NCBI GenBank assembly: GCA_938010715.1
Contig: CALLVG010000232.1
Coordinates: 1-57,032 of the forward strand
Reading direction: 5' to 3'
Origin: an uncultured Saprospiraceae bacterium
GTDB taxonomy: Bacteria > Bacteroidota > Bacteroidia > Chitinophagales > Saprospiraceae
DNA length: 57,032 bases
Shown here one piece after another: positions 1-9,792 of this stretch. The notes under the pieces were generated by a model. It saw only the letters and a program-made list of their open reading frames with translations. It was not told the DNA's origin and did not search any database. Position numbers and translations under genes: made by a program. Position 1 is the stretch's first letter. Each line of letters starts with the position of its first letter.

Positions 1-2
1 CA

Positions 3-1328
3 ATATCTGAACTAAGAGGCAAAGAAATTTCTATTATTTTTCAAGAACCAATGGCTTCTTTGAATCCTTTGATAACCTGCGGGAAGCAGTTAATTGAGGC
101 ACTTTTGGTATCTAAAAATGAATCTTCAAAGTTAAAAGCACTCGAATTATTCAAAGTGGTTCAATTGCCTACTGAAATTTTTGAAAAATACCCGCATCAA
201 CTTTCAGGAGGACAATTACAAAGGGTAATGATCGCAATTGCGATTTGTCAAAATCCTAAATTACTGATTGCTGATGAGCCCACGACTTCTTTGGATGCTA
301 CTATTCGAAAAGACATTCTAAATTTATTGTTGGATTTGAAAGATAAAATTGGCTTTTCTATCCTTTTTATCTCTCATGATCTTGGCGCTGTTTCTTATGT
401 TTCAGATAGAGTTTTGGTGATGAAGGCTGGTGAAATAGTTGAAAGAGGAATAACAAAGCAAATTCTTACTAACCCAAAGCATAAATACACTCAAATGCTT
501 TTGGCTAACTACCCTACTCTTTCAAGTTCATCTTTTTCCAATAAAACTGACTCAGAAGTTATTCTTTCAATCAAGGATTTATCTATTTCTTATAAAAATC
601 AAAAATGGCTTTCTTTCCAAAAGTCAACCGAAACCAAAGCGGTCAAAAATTTAGATTTAGAAGTTTATAAAGGCGAAATATTAGGTATCGTTGGAGCGTC
701 CGGATCTGGTAAATCTTCTTTAGGAAAATCAATCATAAGATTGGTAGAATCTCAAAATGGAGCGGTAATTTTTAAGAATACAAATATTTCACAACTGACT
801 GATAATCAGTTTTTTGAATATCGAAAAGAGATTCAAATCATTTTTCAAAATCCGATGGATTCCCTAAATCCACGACAACCGATTGGGAAAGGGATTGAGG
901 AGGTTTTATTGAACTTTAAAAAGAAAAATGCTCCTCAAATAGCAATTGAACTTTTAGAAAAAGTTGGACTTTCTGAAAACGACTTTTTCAAATACCCTCA
1001 TGAATTTTCAGGGGGTCAACGACAAAGAATTTGCATTGCTCGTGCATTGGCCGTTAATCCTTCAATATTAATTTGCGATGAATGTGTTTCTGCTTTGGAT
1101 GTTTCTATCCAACAGCAAATATTGGATTTGCTGAAATCTTTACAAACCGAATTGCGATTGACAATTCTATTTATCAGCCATGATTTGGCGGTGATAAAAA
1201 TGATTTCAGATCGAATTTTGGTTATGAAAGATGGTGCCATCATTCAGTTGGGAACTTCAAATGAAATTTTTGAAAATCCTAAAACTGATTATGTGAGGGA
1301 ATTGATTGATTCGGTTCCTGAACTATGA
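3..1328 (+). CDS. ABC transporter ATP-binding protein with two nucleotide-binding domains (DppD/F-, GsiA/YejF-like), 5' partial
   Basis: The frame stays open to the window edge (ISELRGKEISIIFQEP precedes the listed Met). NBD1 has signature LSGGQLQR and Walker B LLIADEPT. NBD2 has Walker A GASGSGKS, signature FSGGQRQR and Walker B ILICDE. Confidence 0.9.
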   Translation: MSELRGKEISIIFQEPMASLNPLITCGKQLIEALLVSKNESSKLKALELFKVVQLPTEIFEKYPHQLSGGQLQRVMIAIAICQNPKLLIADEPTTSLDATIRKDILNLLLDLKDKIGFSILFISHDLGAVSYVSDRVLVMKAGEIVERGITKQILTNPKHKYTQMLLANYPTLSSSSFSNKTDSEVILSIKDLSISYKNQKWLSFQKSTETKAVKNLDLEVYKGEILGIVGASGSGKSSLGKSIIRLVESQNGAVIFKNTNISQLTDNQFFEYRKEIQIIFQNPMDSLNPRQPIGKGIEEVLLNFKKKNAPQIAIELLEKVGLSENDFFKYPHEFSGGQRQRICIARALAVNPSILICDECVSALDVSIQQQILDLLKSLQTELRLTILFISHDLAVIKMISDRILVMKDGAIIQLGTSNEIFENPKTDYVRELIDSVPEL

Positions 1329-1371
1329 CGCGTACCCTAAGCGAAGCCGAAAGTTGTTACGCATTCGGGAT

Positions 1372-2613
1372 TTAAATCTTCTTAAAAATCAACTTCATCC
1401 AAAAAATTGGATTAACTAATTGCTTGCGCAGGTCAAAATCAGTGTACATTCTCGAAAGGACATCCATCAATTTTTTACTGTTGTAAAGTCGGTTGGCGAA
1501 GAAATTCAATAGACGTGGGTAGGCCAACAATCGTTGCAATTGATAACTTAATTTCATTTCCGCCCCTAAAACCCTTTTGACTCTAACATCAAAATCTTTC
1601 ATATAAGCAGCTGAAAAATTATTCTCTGCAAAGCACTTTTCTGCCTGCTCTGCTGCAATCCAACCACTATAAATCGCATTTCCGATGCCCTCTCCTGTCA
1701 ACGGATCGACCAAATGCGCGGCGTCTCCAATCAACATGAAATTATCACCTGAAATGTTGTATGCTTTAGAACCAAGCGGCAACGGATAACCAACTATTTT
1801 ATCCTCTAATGTGGCATTTTTGAAGCGCTCTTTTAGTAACGGGTGCTCCGAAACAATTTTATTCATGTGTTTGGTGAGATTTAATTTTCGTTTTGAAACG
1901 AAATCTGTTCTCAAGCCCAAACCAATATTTGCTCTATTTCCCGGAAGAGGAAAAACCCAAAAGTACCCAGGGATATAATCTTCAATGAAATGTAATTCGA
2001 TAAAACCATCGGGATGAAAACCAGAGACATTTTTATAATAACCTCTTACCGCTGCTGCGTAATGTGCGGGGTCTTTTTCGATTCCAACATACTTACGAGT
2101 AAACTGAGATTGAGCACCATTTGCCATTATTAGCATTTTGCACTCCATTTTGAAATCTGCTGTTTTGTCCTCGACATAAAAACCGTTCTCGGTCTTTTCA
2201 ATTTTAGTGATATTAATACAATCTCTATAATCAACGAGGTCGCATTTTTTCACTTCTTCCACCAAAAAATTGTCGAAATCTACGCGTGTCGCTACATAAC
2301 CAGGAGAAGGTTCTGCATCTTTATCGTAAGAGGATTTGAAAGGAACATCAACCGATTTGTCATTGGGAGCAACCAGTCTAATCCCCCAAATATCAATTGC
2401 CGTTTCAGTCGCTTTGAGTCTTTTGATGATATTCGGGTCAATTCGATTTAGAATCGTAATTGCTTTTCCACTAATCGCATCACCACAGACCTTATCTCTT
2501 GGAAACGATGCCTTATCTACCAATACGCAATTCATTCCTTGCTTATTCAATTTCATCGCTGTTGCACATCCTCCTGGCCCTGCTCCTACAATTAAAACAT
2601 TCGTTTTCTCCAT
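1372..2613 (-). CDS. FAD-dependent oxidoreductase, geranylgeranyl reductase family
   Basis: Dinucleotide-binding fold VLIVGAGPGGCATA sits at the N-terminus. Start placed at ATG 2613 (MEKTNVLIVGAG) rather than the longer ORF start at 2679. Confidence 0.75.
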   Translation of the reverse strand: MEKTNVLIVGAGPGGCATAMKLNKQGMNCVLVDKASFPRDKVCGDAISGKAITILNRIDPNIIKRLKATETAIDIWGIRLVAPNDKSVDVPFKSSYDKDAEPSPGYVATRVDFDNFLVEEVKKCDLVDYRDCINITKIEKTENGFYVEDKTADFKMECKMLIMANGAQSQFTRKYVGIEKDPAHYAAAVRGYYKNVSGFHPDGFIELHFIEDYIPGYFWVFPLPGNRANIGLGLRTDFVSKRKLNLTKHMNKIVSEHPLLKERFKNATLEDKIVGYPLPLGSKAYNISGDNFMLIGDAAHLVDPLTGEGIGNAIYSGWIAAEQAEKCFAENNFSAAYMKDFDVRVKRVLGAEMKLSYQLQRLLAYPRLLNFFANRLYNSKKLMDVLSRMYTDFDLRKQLVNPIFWMKLIFKKI

Positions 2614-2774
2614 TGTTAAATCTTTTTTGTTTTTGTCAAGTTTGGTTCTATTGACAAAATAGAAGCACGAAAGTAACACTTGTATTCATTATGATAGATT
2701 AAAATTTAAAATAAGATGTATTTTCATCATAATTAAAATTTCTATCAAAAAAGAACTTACTATGTTTCTGGCTT

Positions 2775-2901
2775 AGAAACGCTCAAAAAATAAGTTCCCG
2801 ATTCCAAAAAATTAGTGAAGGAAAAGTAATTGATAATGAGGTTTTTCGAGTTAATTTTTTGAATTGAAGAGGGAAGTTATTTTTTGAGTAATACTTAAGA
2901 G
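2775..2901. mobile_element. R1 TIR element, copy a (127 bp), inverted relative to copy b at 39578..39704
   Basis: CTCAAAAAATAAGTTCCC (2782-2799) pairs with GGGAAGTTATTTTTTGAG (2871-2888). By eye there are only 4 mismatches to the reverse complement of 39578..39704. Confidence 0.8.
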
Positions 2902-2995
2902 ATGAAAATTCTACAGCGATAGTAGTGTATGGATGGCCTTGAAATCTATAAACCTAAATCGAAAGACAAGGTTTTTAGATAATTAGAAACGACCG

Positions 2996-4759
2996 CTAAT
3001 CGTTGATAATCAATTTTTTATAAATTGAATTTTTATTAAAATCAATTTTTACTAAATAGATTCCATTTGATAAATTGGAAGTATTAATTTTTGATTGAAA
3101 ATCATATTCTTCCAGATTTAGAATTGCTTTTCCTGAATAGTCAAAAATGGTTACTTTCGATTTGGCGTTAAGACCTGTTTCAATTTGAAATGCTTTTTTT
3201 GTTGGATTTGGAAAGATTTTGAATTTATTTGAAAGGATTTTATTTTTAGTAGATACAGATTTACAATCTACTTCTATTTTCCAAGGGCCCCGCTCTCCTA
3301 CCATTGGTCGATTGATAGTTTTCCCATTATTGGCAGTAGCGTTGATGTAATAGGAAATTTTTGTCCCAGCAGAAAAAGCAGGTAATTCAACTTCCCAATT
3401 TTCGCCATTGGTACGAGTCATATCAACTGCGTCGAAATTCGCATTTTCATTCACGCTATAAAATACTTGAGCGGCTTTCATGTCAGATTTATGCTGCAAT
3501 CTTGCTTCAATTTTTATTGGTTCGTTTTCGCAAGCTGATTCCAATTTTTTGTGAATAATACGTAGTGGCTCAGCCACTCCAATTTCTTTGGTTACGCAAT
3601 GAATAGCTCCATATTCTTTAATGATTTCTGAACAATCAATACCAACAATTTTATAACCAGGCATAAGTTCTTCCCATTTCTTTAATGCGATTTCGTCCAT
3701 TCCGTTTCCGTCAAAATATATTGGTACTAATATCAATTCATTTATAAAAAAAGCATTGGTATAGGTGTAATAACAGCCCATTCCTTTTTTACTGCAAGCA
3801 CCATTTTCATCGGCAAATTGGCCATTTTCATCAGCAGGCATTGGGATTCTATGTATCTTAAAATCAGTCCCAAATGAAGTTTTAAAATTTGAAATTAAGT
3901 AGTCTAAGTTTTCTTCAATTTGTGGGCCATCGGCAACACCTTCTGGAAATTCTCCAACCAAAATCGTCTCTTCATCCAACAAACGCATGTGCATATCAAC
4001 GTGATGAATTTCGTTGTAAGGAAGTTTTTGGAGTTTGATGAAATTTTCAAACCCGAGAAACTCTCCCATTATCCAATCAATGGTGCTCTCATCATAGATA
4101 TTGTCATCATAAATATGAGTAGAGGTGATTGCCATTCCGAGTCCATCGGTCAATAAATTTCCTCCGTCAAATCTTAAATCATAGGGAGCTGTTGTGGTGG
4201 CGAATAGGTCAGTTTGATAAAAAGAGGACATAGACGAAGGCACTTTTTCATCTGCATTTTCAAATTGAGATGGGTAAAGCCAATCAATCAAAAATCTGGA
4301 TTCTACATCGTTTTTATAAATTGTATGAGCTCCAAAATCTCTAATCCACACCCGTTCATCAAAATCAGTTTCATTAAAAATTAAATTATCAAAATCAGAA
4401 AAACCCAAGTCTTGCAGATCCAACTTTACCCTACCAATAATATTACTGAAATTTTTACCAGCGCAAAAAATCAAAACCTGAACTTCTTCCTTGGCATGAG
4501 AGATGATATCTGCGATAACTTTTTTCTTACCAAAGGAATAATCTAAATCCCAAGTGACGGCAATAGCTTCCAATTCTTCCCACTCTGCCATAGAGCGAAC
4601 AGAGAAGCTTGGAGGTTGTGTGATGATGTCTTGTTTAGGTAAAAACAAATCATCATTGTCACTATTGAAAATAGAAATATAGGAAGACTTTACGGGAGGC
4701 TGCGCCAAGGTTGCTACCCCGAAAATTAATCCCCAGAAAATGATGAAAAGCTGTCTCAT
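2996..4759 (-). CDS. Secreted agmatine deiminase / Porphyromonas-type peptidylarginine deiminase family protein with T9SS C-terminal sorting domain
   Basis: Signal peptide present. Family motifs seen: VWIRDFGA, FDGGNLLTDGLG, HHVDMHMR and catalytic-Cys motif GAIHCVTKE. C-terminal ~80 aa resemble a T9SS CTD (FKIFPNPTKK...NGIYLVKI). Confidence 0.75.
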   Translation of the reverse strand: MRQLFIIFWGLIFGVATLAQPPVKSSYISIFNSDNDDLFLPKQDIITQPPSFSVRSMAEWEELEAIAVTWDLDYSFGKKKVIADIISHAKEEVQVLIFCAGKNFSNIIGRVKLDLQDLGFSDFDNLIFNETDFDERVWIRDFGAHTIYKNDVESRFLIDWLYPSQFENADEKVPSSMSSFYQTDLFATTTAPYDLRFDGGNLLTDGLGMAITSTHIYDDNIYDESTIDWIMGEFLGFENFIKLQKLPYNEIHHVDMHMRLLDEETILVGEFPEGVADGPQIEENLDYLISNFKTSFGTDFKIHRIPMPADENGQFADENGACSKKGMGCYYTYTNAFFINELILVPIYFDGNGMDEIALKKWEELMPGYKIVGIDCSEIIKEYGAIHCVTKEIGVAEPLRIIHKKLESACENEPIKIEARLQHKSDMKAAQVFYSVNENANFDAVDMTRTNGENWEVELPAFSAGTKISYYINATANNGKTINRPMVGERGPWKIEVDCKSVSTKNKILSNKFKIFPNPTKKAFQIETGLNAKSKVTIFDYSGKAILNLEEYDFQSKINTSNLSNGIYLVKIDFNKNSIYKKLIIND

Positions 4760-4819
4760 TTTATGAAATTTCTATTGAGAAATAGTGATAATAAAAATCA
4801 GTTGAGAAAATCGAATACT

Positions 4820-4827
4820 CAAATTTA
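4820..4827 (-). promoter_or_regulatory. Candidate Bacteroidota -7 box (TAAATTTG on minus strand) upstream of the deiminase-like gene
   Basis: Matches TAnnTTTG, 61 nt upstream of the ATG at 4759. Confidence 0.35.
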
Positions 4828-4834
4828 ATATAAA

Positions 4835-4869
4835 AGAGGGAGGATTACCAATTTTGTAACCCTCCCTCT
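4835..4869 (-). terminator. Hairpin terminator downstream of the TonB-dependent receptor gene
   Basis: AGAGGGAGGATTAC / GTAACCCTCCCTCT stem with one mismatch, with A/T runs on both sides. Confidence 0.6.
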
Positions 4870-4874
4870 TTTGA

Positions 4875-4887
4875 TAGACTTTATTCT
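4875..4887. repeat. Solo terminus of the GACTTTATTCT-type element (TA+GACTTTATTCT)
   Basis: The same 13-mer ends the elements at 25945, 47035 and, as reverse complement, at 45631 and 47187. Confidence 0.5.
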
Positions 4888-4909
4888 TGTACAGATTTTT
4901 TCTATCATT

Positions 4910-7183
4910 TTAGAAAGAAAAATCAACCGCCAAACTTGGTAATATCGGCAACTGATTGACTCGTTTATATTCTATTCTATCGAAAAAGAAAATATTATCA
5001 CGGTCATAAGCATTTGTTATACTTGCAATCACATCCAATTCTGAGTGTTCGGAAAATTTGAGATTCTTAGTCAATGACAAATCTAATCTATGATAGTCAG
5101 GAAGCCTTCCTGCGTTTCTTTTTTCATCGAAAATAGTTCCCAATTGCGGATTTCCTGAAATGTAATCTGTATTGATTCCATCTGAGAAATTAAACAATCC
5201 ATAAAAACCTTGGGTCAAAGTGAATGGAAATCCTGACCCATAATTCCAACGCGCACTTGCAGACCATGATTTATCTTTTCCGAAAGTTTGTGTCACCAAT
5301 AAATTGACATTATGTCTTCTATCAAAATTGGTTGGATAAACTTGTTGGCCATCATCACGATTCACGTAAGCATGAGAATAAGTCGCCCAAGCATACGTGT
5401 TTTTATGATCGTATCTCAATGAAAAATCGATTCCATAAGCCAATCCAGTTTCAGTTGAGAAATTCGGATCCGAACCTGATAACTTGTTTCTATTCAAATT
5501 AATAAGCTGCGTGAAACCTTTGTAGTATGGCTCAACATTTAGCTCCAATTTTTTGCTCAAATCTGCTTCTAACCCTACGATACCATGAATTGATTTTTGG
5601 ATTCTATGATCCGCAGGTGTTCCATCAGGTTTGAAAATAGTTTCCTCTGGTCCAGCCAAAAAGCCGACAAACAGATTTACAATATCTCTTTCGTTAACGG
5701 TACTCACTAAATTTTGAGAATACAAACCACCAGCCAGTTTGAATCTTAAATAATCCGTGATGTTGTATTTCAATCCAATTCTTGGTTCAAGCGAAAACTC
5801 AGATTGAGACGCATAATATTGTCCTCTCAGACCTGGCTCAATAATTAAATCTCCGATTGTTTTTTTATATTGAACAAAACCAGCAATTTCAGTTGTGAAA
5901 TCTCTTTGATCAATGGTTAATCCTAAAAAGTTATTGAAGGCAAATTCCGTATTGAACCCGTTGAATTCAAGTCCATAGTTCACTTCACTCGAAGCACCGA
6001 AATAAGTAAAGTCAAGTACAATATTGTAGGTTGTAATTTTACTGGTTCGAGGTAAACCTTCCCCTTCTTGAAGTGAAATATCGTAATCTGAATAAGCAGC
6101 AGAACCACCTACCAAAATATTGGAACTCGGAGGTAATAAACTAAAATTCAGACCAGCGCCATTTGTTTGCCAATTTAAATCAGCAACATTTTGGAAGTTT
6201 ACTTTATCATTGAAATTAAAACCGAAAAGATTCAACTTACTACCATTTTTTGCCATGAAAGAAAGCTTTCCGTAAAGGTCAGTAAAGTTGTAAGGCAGAC
6301 CAGCTGAATCAACATAGGTATATAACGATTTTGAAGATTCAGCCAAAAGACTTTGCTTCGCAGTTAGAAGAAAAGAGGAGCTACCTCCACTGCCTGTTTC
6401 ATCCAATTTTTTCAATGGCCCTTCGACAATTGCTCTTGTTTGAAAAGGACTTGCACCAACCTTACCCGCTAATCTTTTTTTATTTCCTTCTCTGGTTTTG
6501 ATGTCAACAACAGCCGAAATTCTTCCGCCATGCTCTGCATTAAAACCTCCAGTCAAAACATCCACACTTTTGATGGCCTCCGTTTCAAATACAGAGAAAA
6601 ATCCTATTGAGTGAAATGGGTTATAAATGGTCATCCCATCCAAAAGAATTTTGTTTTGAATAGGTGAACCTCCACGAATGTATAATTGTCCTCCCTGATC
6701 TCCACTGACAATGACTCCTGGCAAAACTGGTAAATATTGCGCAATGTCAGCAACGCCACCTGTAGATGGCAGCGATTTGATTTGAGAAGAAGAAACTGAT
6801 ATTTTAGATACCTGAACATCTGATCGTGCGGTCGTTTTGCGAGCAGAGACTTCTACGCCTTCCAATTCTACGCCGCCCTCTTTTATGAGGATTTGCTTAT
6901 AAACGATTCCAGTTTTTACGGTAATTGGTATGGAAACACTTTCGTAGCCAATGAACTGTGCAACCAGATTATATTCTCCACTTGGGATTCCAGTAAGCGA
7001 GAAAAAACCATCTACATCTGAAGTCGCACCGTAGGTGGTTCCTTCGAGCGATACATTTACAAACTCTAAAGGTTCGCCATTCGAAGCTTCAAAAACATTT
7101 CCTCTCACGGTTCCTTTTTGTGAAAAAAGAAATCCGCTCATCAAAAAGAAAAGCGTTAAAAATAAAATTTGCTTAATATTCAT
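4910..7183 (-). CDS. TonB-dependent receptor with N-terminal carboxypeptidase-regulatory-like domain
   Basis: Signal peptide MNIKQILFLTLFFLMSGFLFSQ; CarbopepD_reg-like GTVRGNVFE...; plug and beta-barrel; C-terminal ...LAVDFSF. The ATG at 7183 is preferred to the TTG at 7204 because the -7 box lies at 7215. Confidence 0.85.
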   Translation of the reverse strand: MNIKQILFLTLFFLMSGFLFSQKGTVRGNVFEASNGEPLEFVNVSLEGTTYGATSDVDGFFSLTGIPSGEYNLVAQFIGYESVSIPITVKTGIVYKQILIKEGGVELEGVEVSARKTTARSDVQVSKISVSSSQIKSLPSTGGVADIAQYLPVLPGVIVSGDQGGQLYIRGGSPIQNKILLDGMTIYNPFHSIGFFSVFETEAIKSVDVLTGGFNAEHGGRISAVVDIKTREGNKKRLAGKVGASPFQTRAIVEGPLKKLDETGSGGSSSFLLTAKQSLLAESSKSLYTYVDSAGLPYNFTDLYGKLSFMAKNGSKLNLFGFNFNDKVNFQNVADLNWQTNGAGLNFSLLPPSSNILVGGSAAYSDYDISLQEGEGLPRTSKITTYNIVLDFTYFGASSEVNYGLEFNGFNTEFAFNNFLGLTIDQRDFTTEIAGFVQYKKTIGDLIIEPGLRGQYYASQSEFSLEPRIGLKYNITDYLRFKLAGGLYSQNLVSTVNERDIVNLFVGFLAGPEETIFKPDGTPADHRIQKSIHGIVGLEADLSKKLELNVEPYYKGFTQLINLNRNKLSGSDPNFSTETGLAYGIDFSLRYDHKNTYAWATYSHAYVNRDDGQQVYPTNFDRRHNVNLLVTQTFGKDKSWSASARWNYGSGFPFTLTQGFYGLFNFSDGINTDYISGNPQLGTIFDEKRNAGRLPDYHRLDLSLTKNLKFSEHSELDVIASITNAYDRDNIFFFDRIEYKRVNQLPILPSLAVDFSF

Positions 7184-7214
7184 GTTTGATTCTATATTTT
7201 TCAAAATTAGGTCG

Positions 7215-7222
7215 CAAAGATA
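7215..7222 (-). promoter_or_regulatory. Bacteroidota -7 box TATCTTTG(CG) upstream of the TonB-dependent receptor
   Basis: Exact TAnnTTTG on the minus strand, 32 nt before ATG 7183. Confidence 0.55.
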
Positions 7223-7312
7223 GGTTTATACCAGTGTTTTTGGGTTCCTTTGTTTGTGTTTACGAAGACAAATCTTGTTTGGTTATTTTAACGACACGAA
7301 AATTCTATATAA

Positions 7313-7846
7313 TTGGCAATTCCCCGCGACAAAAACGAATTATTGATGGATATCCGCAGTTCTTATCAAAAGTTAAAGGCTGATTTAGTTGATCTTCATC
7401 CTAATTTATTTTTCAAAAAGGAATTGGCTGGTCATTCGAGGAACACCCAAATGAGTGTTGCAAATTTAGTCGCCTATTTGATTGGTTGGGGTGAATTGGT
7501 TTTAAAATGGAATTCAATTATCCAAAGCGGTTCTCAACCAAATTTTCCAGATGATGGTTATAAATGGACAGAATTAGGTTCATTGGCTCAAAGATTCTAT
7601 TCGGATTATGGGGCATTAGATTTTGAAGAATCTTTAAAAAAATTGGAAGAGGTCGTTAACTCAATTTTGAACTTAGTTGAAAAGTCCTCAGATGAAGATT
7701 TATATGGTACTAATTGGTATAAAAATTATACAATGGGAAGAATGATTCAATTGAATTCCTCTTCTCCATACAAGAATGCTCGAATGAGGGTTCGAAAATG
7801 GAAACGAATAAATAGAAATAAGGAACATGTAAAGAATAAATTGTAA
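7313..7846 (+). CDS. ClbS/DfsB (DUF1706) family four-helix-bundle protein
   Basis: The N-terminus IPRDKNELLMDIRSSYQKLKADL resembles the family N-terminus. TTG 7313 directly follows an in-frame stop and is the only start that keeps it; ATG 7346 is the alternative. Confidence 0.55.
   Translation: MAIPRDKNELLMDIRSSYQKLKADLVDLHPNLFFKKELAGHSRNTQMSVANLVAYLIGWGELVLKWNSIIQSGSQPNFPDDGYKWTELGSLAQRFYSDYGALDFEESLKKLEEVVNSILNLVEKSSDEDLYGTNWYKNYTMGRMIQLNSSSPYKNARMRVRKWKRINRNKEHVKNKL
7820..7835. repeat. 16-nt repeat module AAGGAACATGTAAAGA (second copy at 23409..23424)
   Basis: Exact 16-mer shared with 23409. It covers the last codons of the ClbS-like ORF. Confidence 0.6.
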
Positions 7847-7859
7847 CAAATTTGAATAA

Positions 7860-7881
7860 TTATTTTTTGAGTAATACTTAA
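7860..7881. repeat. Solo end of R1 element (TTATTTTTTGAGTAATACTTAA)
   Basis: 22-nt exact match to 2879..2900. Confidence 0.7.
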
Positions 7882-7902
7882 TTGATAAATTGACTCACTA
7901 TT

Positions 7903-8982
7903 ATGTCAGGAAACACTTTTGGGAAGGCCTTCCAAGTAACCACATTTGGAGAATCACATGGACCAGCAATTGGTGCTATCATTGATGGTTGTCCAGCAGG
8001 TTTAGAGATAGATTTAGATTTTATTCAAAATGAAATGGCTCGTCGTCGTCCTGGTCAATCAAGCATCGTGACCCAGCGGAAAGAATCTGATGTGGTAGAA
8101 TTGCTATCAGGTGTATTTGAAGGCGTTACAACGGGTACTCCAATTGGTATTTTAATAAAAAATAAAGATGCTCGTTCAAAAGATTACTCCCATATCTCCG
8201 AAAAATTTCGCCCCTCTCACGCAGATTTCACCTTTACAGAAAAATATGGGATAAGAGATTATCGAGGCGGAGGTCGTTCCTCCGCTCGTGAAACTGCTTG
8301 CCGAGTTGCAGCAGGAGCAATTGCCAAGTTATTTTTAGCACATTCTTCAATTACAATAAATGCCTTTGTAAGTCAGGTTGGTTCTATCGTTTTAGATAAA
8401 AAAATAGAAAAAATAGATTTCTCTAAAATTGAATCGAATATCGTTCGATGTCCAGACACCGAAACGGCTCTCATGATGGAAAATTTCATAAAGAAAATAA
8501 AAAAAGAAGGCGATACGGTTGGTGGAACAATTACTTGCGTTGTTCAAAATTGCCCAACTGGTTTGGGTGAACCAGTTTTCGATAAATTACATGCTGAATT
8601 GGCAAAAGCGATGATTTCCATAAATGCCTGCAAAGGTTTTGAGATAGGAAGTGGTTTTGAGGCAGCGACCATGCGGGGTTCAGAACACAATGATATTTTT
8701 GTAAAAGAGAGAGAGAAAATCATTACAAAAACAAATTACTCAGGAGGGATTCAAGGAGGCATCTCTAACGGAATGCCAATATATTTTAAAGCTGCATTTA
8801 AACCCGTTGCAACAATTATTCCTGAACAAAAGTCAGTTAATACAAAAGGAGAAGCAGTTACTTTGGCTGGAAAAGGAAGACATGATCCCTGTGTTGTTCC
8901 ACGAGCAGTACCAATTGTAGAGGCAATGACCGCTTTGGTTATAGCCGATCATTTATTGAGGAAGAGAAAAAATAGACTTTAG
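7903..8982 (+). CDS. aroC: Chorismate synthase
   Basis: MSGNTFG...TFGESHG...RRPGQS...[10 protein letters not shown]...[11 protein letters not shown] hallmark motifs. Confidence 0.97.
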   Translation: MSGNTFGKAFQVTTFGESHGPAIGAIIDGCPAGLEIDLDFIQNEMARRRPGQSSIVTQRKESDVVELLSGVFEGVTTGTPIGILIKNKDARSKDYSHISEKFRPSHADFTFTEKYGIRDYRGGGRSSARETACRVAAGAIAKLFLAHSSITINAFVSQVGSIVLDKKIEKIDFSKIESNIVRCPDTETALMMENFIKKIKKEGDTVGGTITCVVQNCPTGLGEPVFDKLHAELAKAMISINACKGFEIGSGFEAATMRGSEHNDIFVKEREKIITKTNYSGGIQGGISNGMPIYFKAAFKPVATIIPEQKSVNTKGEAVTLAGKGRHDPCVVPRAVPIVEAMTALVIADHLLRKRKNRL

Positions 8983-9782
8983 CCCATTTCTGCGACTCTC
9001 ACCATCGTATCTTCGACTTGATGAACCAATTCAACAAATCTTGGGTCGCGTTTGATATTTCTCGTTCTTTCAAAAGGCAAGTCAACTTTGATATGTTCAA
9101 CAAATCTTGATGGAGCTGATTTCATGATATAAATATCGTCTCCCAAATAAACTGCTTCAGAAATGTCGTGTGTTACAAAAATGATTGTTGGATGAAATTT
9201 ATGCCAAAGCCCAGTTAATAAATCTTGCATTTGCAATCGTGTATTGATGTCCAGTGCTCCAAACGGCTCGTCCATCAATAAAATCTCTGGGTTAGCGATC
9301 AAACTTCTGGCAATCGCAATTCGTTGAAGTTGTCCTCCGGAAAGGGTTGGATATTGAGCAAATTTATTTTCATGACCTGCCAAACCGACGAGTTCAATCA
9401 TTTCCATTGCTTTTTCTTTTTTCTCTTTATCAGAAATGCCTTTAAAATCTAATGCAAGAGAAACGTTTTCCAAGACAGTCATCCATGGAAGCGAACTGTA
9501 TTGTTGAAAAACCATTGCTACCCTATTGTCTTCCGAAACTTCTTTATTATTTATCAGAACAGAACCTGCTGTCGGTTTTTGCAAACCCGCTATATATCGG
9601 AGCACTGTTGACTTCCCACAACCGGACATTCCTAAAATAACTACAAACTGACCTTGTGCTGGTTTGTCTTCTATCAATAAATCCATTCCTTTGATAATCT
9701 CTACTCGACCATTATCATAAGACTGGTCAATTCCTCTCAATTCAACAATGTTATTTAATGACGTATCTGAAAAATTTGGCAT
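8979..9782 (-). CDS. ABC transporter ATP-binding protein (NitT/TauT-like single NBD)
   Basis: Walker [10 protein letters not shown], signature LSGGQLQR, Walker [12 protein letters not shown]. Its stop overlaps the aroC stop in convergent orientation. Confidence 0.85.
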   Translation of the reverse strand: MPNFSDTSLNNIVELRGIDQSYDNGRVEIIKGMDLLIEDKPAQGQFVVILGMSGCGKSTVLRYIAGLQKPTAGSVLINNKEVSEDNRVAMVFQQYSSLPWMTVLENVSLALDFKGISDKEKKEKAMEMIELVGLAGHENKFAQYPTLSGGQLQRIAIARSLIANPEILLMDEPFGALDINTRLQMQDLLTGLWHKFHPTIIFVTHDISEAVYLGDDIYIMKSAPSRFVEHIKVDLPFERTRNIKRDPRFVELVHQVEDTMVRVAEMG

Positions 9783-9792
9783 ATATAGTTTG

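Noticed and set aside
8979-8982. Convergent overlap of the aroC and ABC ATPase stop codons (TTAG)
   Set aside because: Real but ordinary in compact genomes. There is nothing to suggest regulation.
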